59,417 nt of DNA from Spirochaetota bacterium (GTDB lineage: Bacteria; Spirochaetota; UBA4802; UBA5550). Below the pieces are notes generated by a model that was not told the origin of the DNA, searched no databases, and saw nothing but the letters and a program-made list of their open reading frames with translations. Below are positions 57,906 through 59,417 of the stretch, piece by piece (positions within the stretch are counted from its first letter, which is position 1; every line of letters begins with the position of its first letter). The DNA lies in contig JBNKTL010000018.1 of NCBI GenBank assembly GCA_050298055.1, positions 29,065-88,481 of the forward strand. The letters run 5' to 3'. Position numbers and translations under genes: made by a program.

Positions 57906-58034
57906 CACAAAGGAAGAGAGAAAAAGAGTGTAAAAAAAGGAGATATGGAGATGGAGGAGATAAGGGAGATAAGAAAAAAGAAATATCTTATCCTCACATC
58001 CCCTCTTTATCCCCCTATCCCCCTTTTTACACAA
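57906..58034 (-). repeat. Purine/pyrimidine-asymmetric palindromic element, copy 2, between glpB and glpC
   Basis: Reverse complement shares 37 identical nt (TTGTGTAAAAAGGGGGATAGGGGGATAAAGAGGGGAT) and the opposite arm with 51877-51992. Confidence 0.8.
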
Positions 58035-58060
58035 TCTGAAAATGGTATTGATTTAAATAA

Positions 58061-59254
58061 ATGATAAAAACCGAAAACATAAGCTTCGACCACTGCATCA
58101 AGTGCACTTTCTGTACTGTTTACTGTCCCGTTGCCCGGGCAACGCCCCTTTTCCCGGGGCCAAAACAGGAAGGCCCCGACACGGAGCGCCTGCGGATAAA
58201 AAGCCCGATCCTGGTTGATGAATCGGTAAAATACTGTACCAACTGCAAGAGATGTGAAATTGCCTGTCCCTCCGATGTTAAGATCGCGGACATAATACAC
58301 AGGGCAAAAGCGAGACATGCCGCGGGCAGGATACGAATAAGAGAGTCACTCCTCAGCAGGCTTGACATACTTCTCAGGGCGGGAATGCCCCTGAGAAAGA
58401 TCTTCAATCCCCTCATGAAGAACAGGCCGGTGAGATACCTGGTGGAGAAGTCCGCGGGAATAAGCAGTGAAATCAGGATGCCCCTGCTCGAAAAGGAGCG
58501 TTTTGATAAACGGCTTACAAGGATTCATGGAGACCAGTCTCGGTTCAGCGAACAGGTCATCTACTTCCCGGGATGCAACGTCAATTTTATGGACCACAAC
58601 CTGGGAGATGACATGCTTTACCTCTTTAATGCCCTGGAAACCGGGGTGATCATTCCGGAAAACAGGTGCTGTGGTGTTCCCGCAATTGCAAACAGCAGTA
58701 CCGGGAAAGCAGCATCCAACGCCCGGTTCAATCTCCGGTCTCTTGAAGATGCCATAAAAAAAACGGGATGCAGGGCGGTCATATCCTGTTCAAGCGGAAG
58801 CCTGGCAATCAAGCATGAATACAGGAACCTGCTGAACCTTGACAACAGCTTTGTAGACAGCCATACTGACTACATTACCACCTATTTACAAAAGAGATTT
58901 GATGAAGGCCGCATGCCGCCCCTGAAACCTGTGCCCCTTCGCGTAGCATACCATGCCCCCTGTCACCTGGAAAAGATGGGAGGCGTGATCCATACCATTA
59001 ATGTCCTGAGAAGAATACCGGGACTTGACTTAAGAATTCTCAACTCCGAGTGCTGCGGCATATCCGGTACATTCGGGTTCAAAAGTGAATACGCGGAAAT
59101 ATCCAGGAAAATCGGAGAGAGGCTCTTCAACCTCATAGAGAGGGAATCTCCGGAGGTAGTGGTAACAGATTGTGTTACCTGCAAGTGGCAGATAGAGAGC
59201 TTTACCGGCTACAGGGTCCTGCACCCGGTAAACCTGCTCGCTGCGGCTTTCTAG
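58061..59254 (+). CDS. glpC: Anaerobic glycerol-3-phosphate dehydrogenase subunit C
   Basis: Two CxxCxxCxxxCP ferredoxin motifs, PGPKQ.GPD.ERLR, CCG domains. Confidence 0.96.
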   Translation: MIKTENISFDHCIKCTFCTVYCPVARATPLFPGPKQEGPDTERLRIKSPILVDESVKYCTNCKRCEIACPSDVKIADIIHRAKARHAAGRIRIRESLLSRLDILLRAGMPLRKIFNPLMKNRPVRYLVEKSAGISSEIRMPLLEKERFDKRLTRIHGDQSRFSEQVIYFPGCNVNFMDHNLGDDMLYLFNALETGVIIPENRCCGVPAIANSSTGKAASNARFNLRSLEDAIKKTGCRAVISCSSGSLAIKHEYRNLLNLDNSFVDSHTDYITTYLQKRFDEGRMPPLKPVPLRVAYHAPCHLEKMGGVIHTINVLRRIPGLDLRILNSECCGISGTFGFKSEYAEISRKIGERLFNLIERESPEVVVTDCVTCKWQIESFTGYRVLHPVNLLAAAF

Positions 59255-59360
59255 CACTTCGACTGCGTGATTTTTAACTAATCATGATTGGTTAACTGCT
59301 GGAATATCCAACATATTAAGAGAATCTTATTGGTGAAAAATCACGCGGGCTCAGCACTAG
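59251..59360. repeat. Isolated ~110-bp element with inverted arms
   Basis: GCGTGATTTTT (59265-59275) / AAAAATCACGC (59336-59346), bounded by CTAG at both ends. Confidence 0.45.
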
Positions 59361-59417
59361 AACTTCTTTCTCTCTTTGTTGTGGTTTAGCTTGTTCATAA
59401 CAAAGAGCGCGAAGTAA

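Overview
Chromosomal segment of what looks like an anaerobic Spirochaetota bacterium. The evidence is an FlbB-like collar protein, a spirochaete-type FliH N-terminus, spirochaetal lipoboxes, desulfoferrodoxin and glpABC. Core genes include the flagellar basal-body operon flgB-flgC-fliE-fliF-fliG-fliH-fliI-fliJ, efp, mltG, rimI, engB, lnt, two tRNA-Met genes, pdxJ, cdaR/cdaA, folP, tlyA, dxs, malQ and glpABC. The most unusual part is an accessory region at about 1.2-13.3 kb. It encodes a BshC/HUP-like unknown protein coupled to a PLP enzyme, three paralogous orphan substrate-binding lipoproteins, a DUF2332 protein, a GNAT and a hybrid sensor kinase, and could be a small-molecule synthesis-and-sensing system (inference). 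Intergenic DNA carries at least six copies of a ~140-bp MITE with IS66-like GTAAC termini, 7-8 bp target duplications and a central GC hairpin, plus three other small repeat families. Also found: two small ORFs below the ORF-track cutoff (53 aa inside the flagellar operon, 54 aa at 20245), a tlyA with no canonical in-frame start, a candidate sRNA upstream of flgB, and clear operator motifs for a LytTR and a DUF134 regulator. All calls come from reading motifs by eye; no database searches were run.
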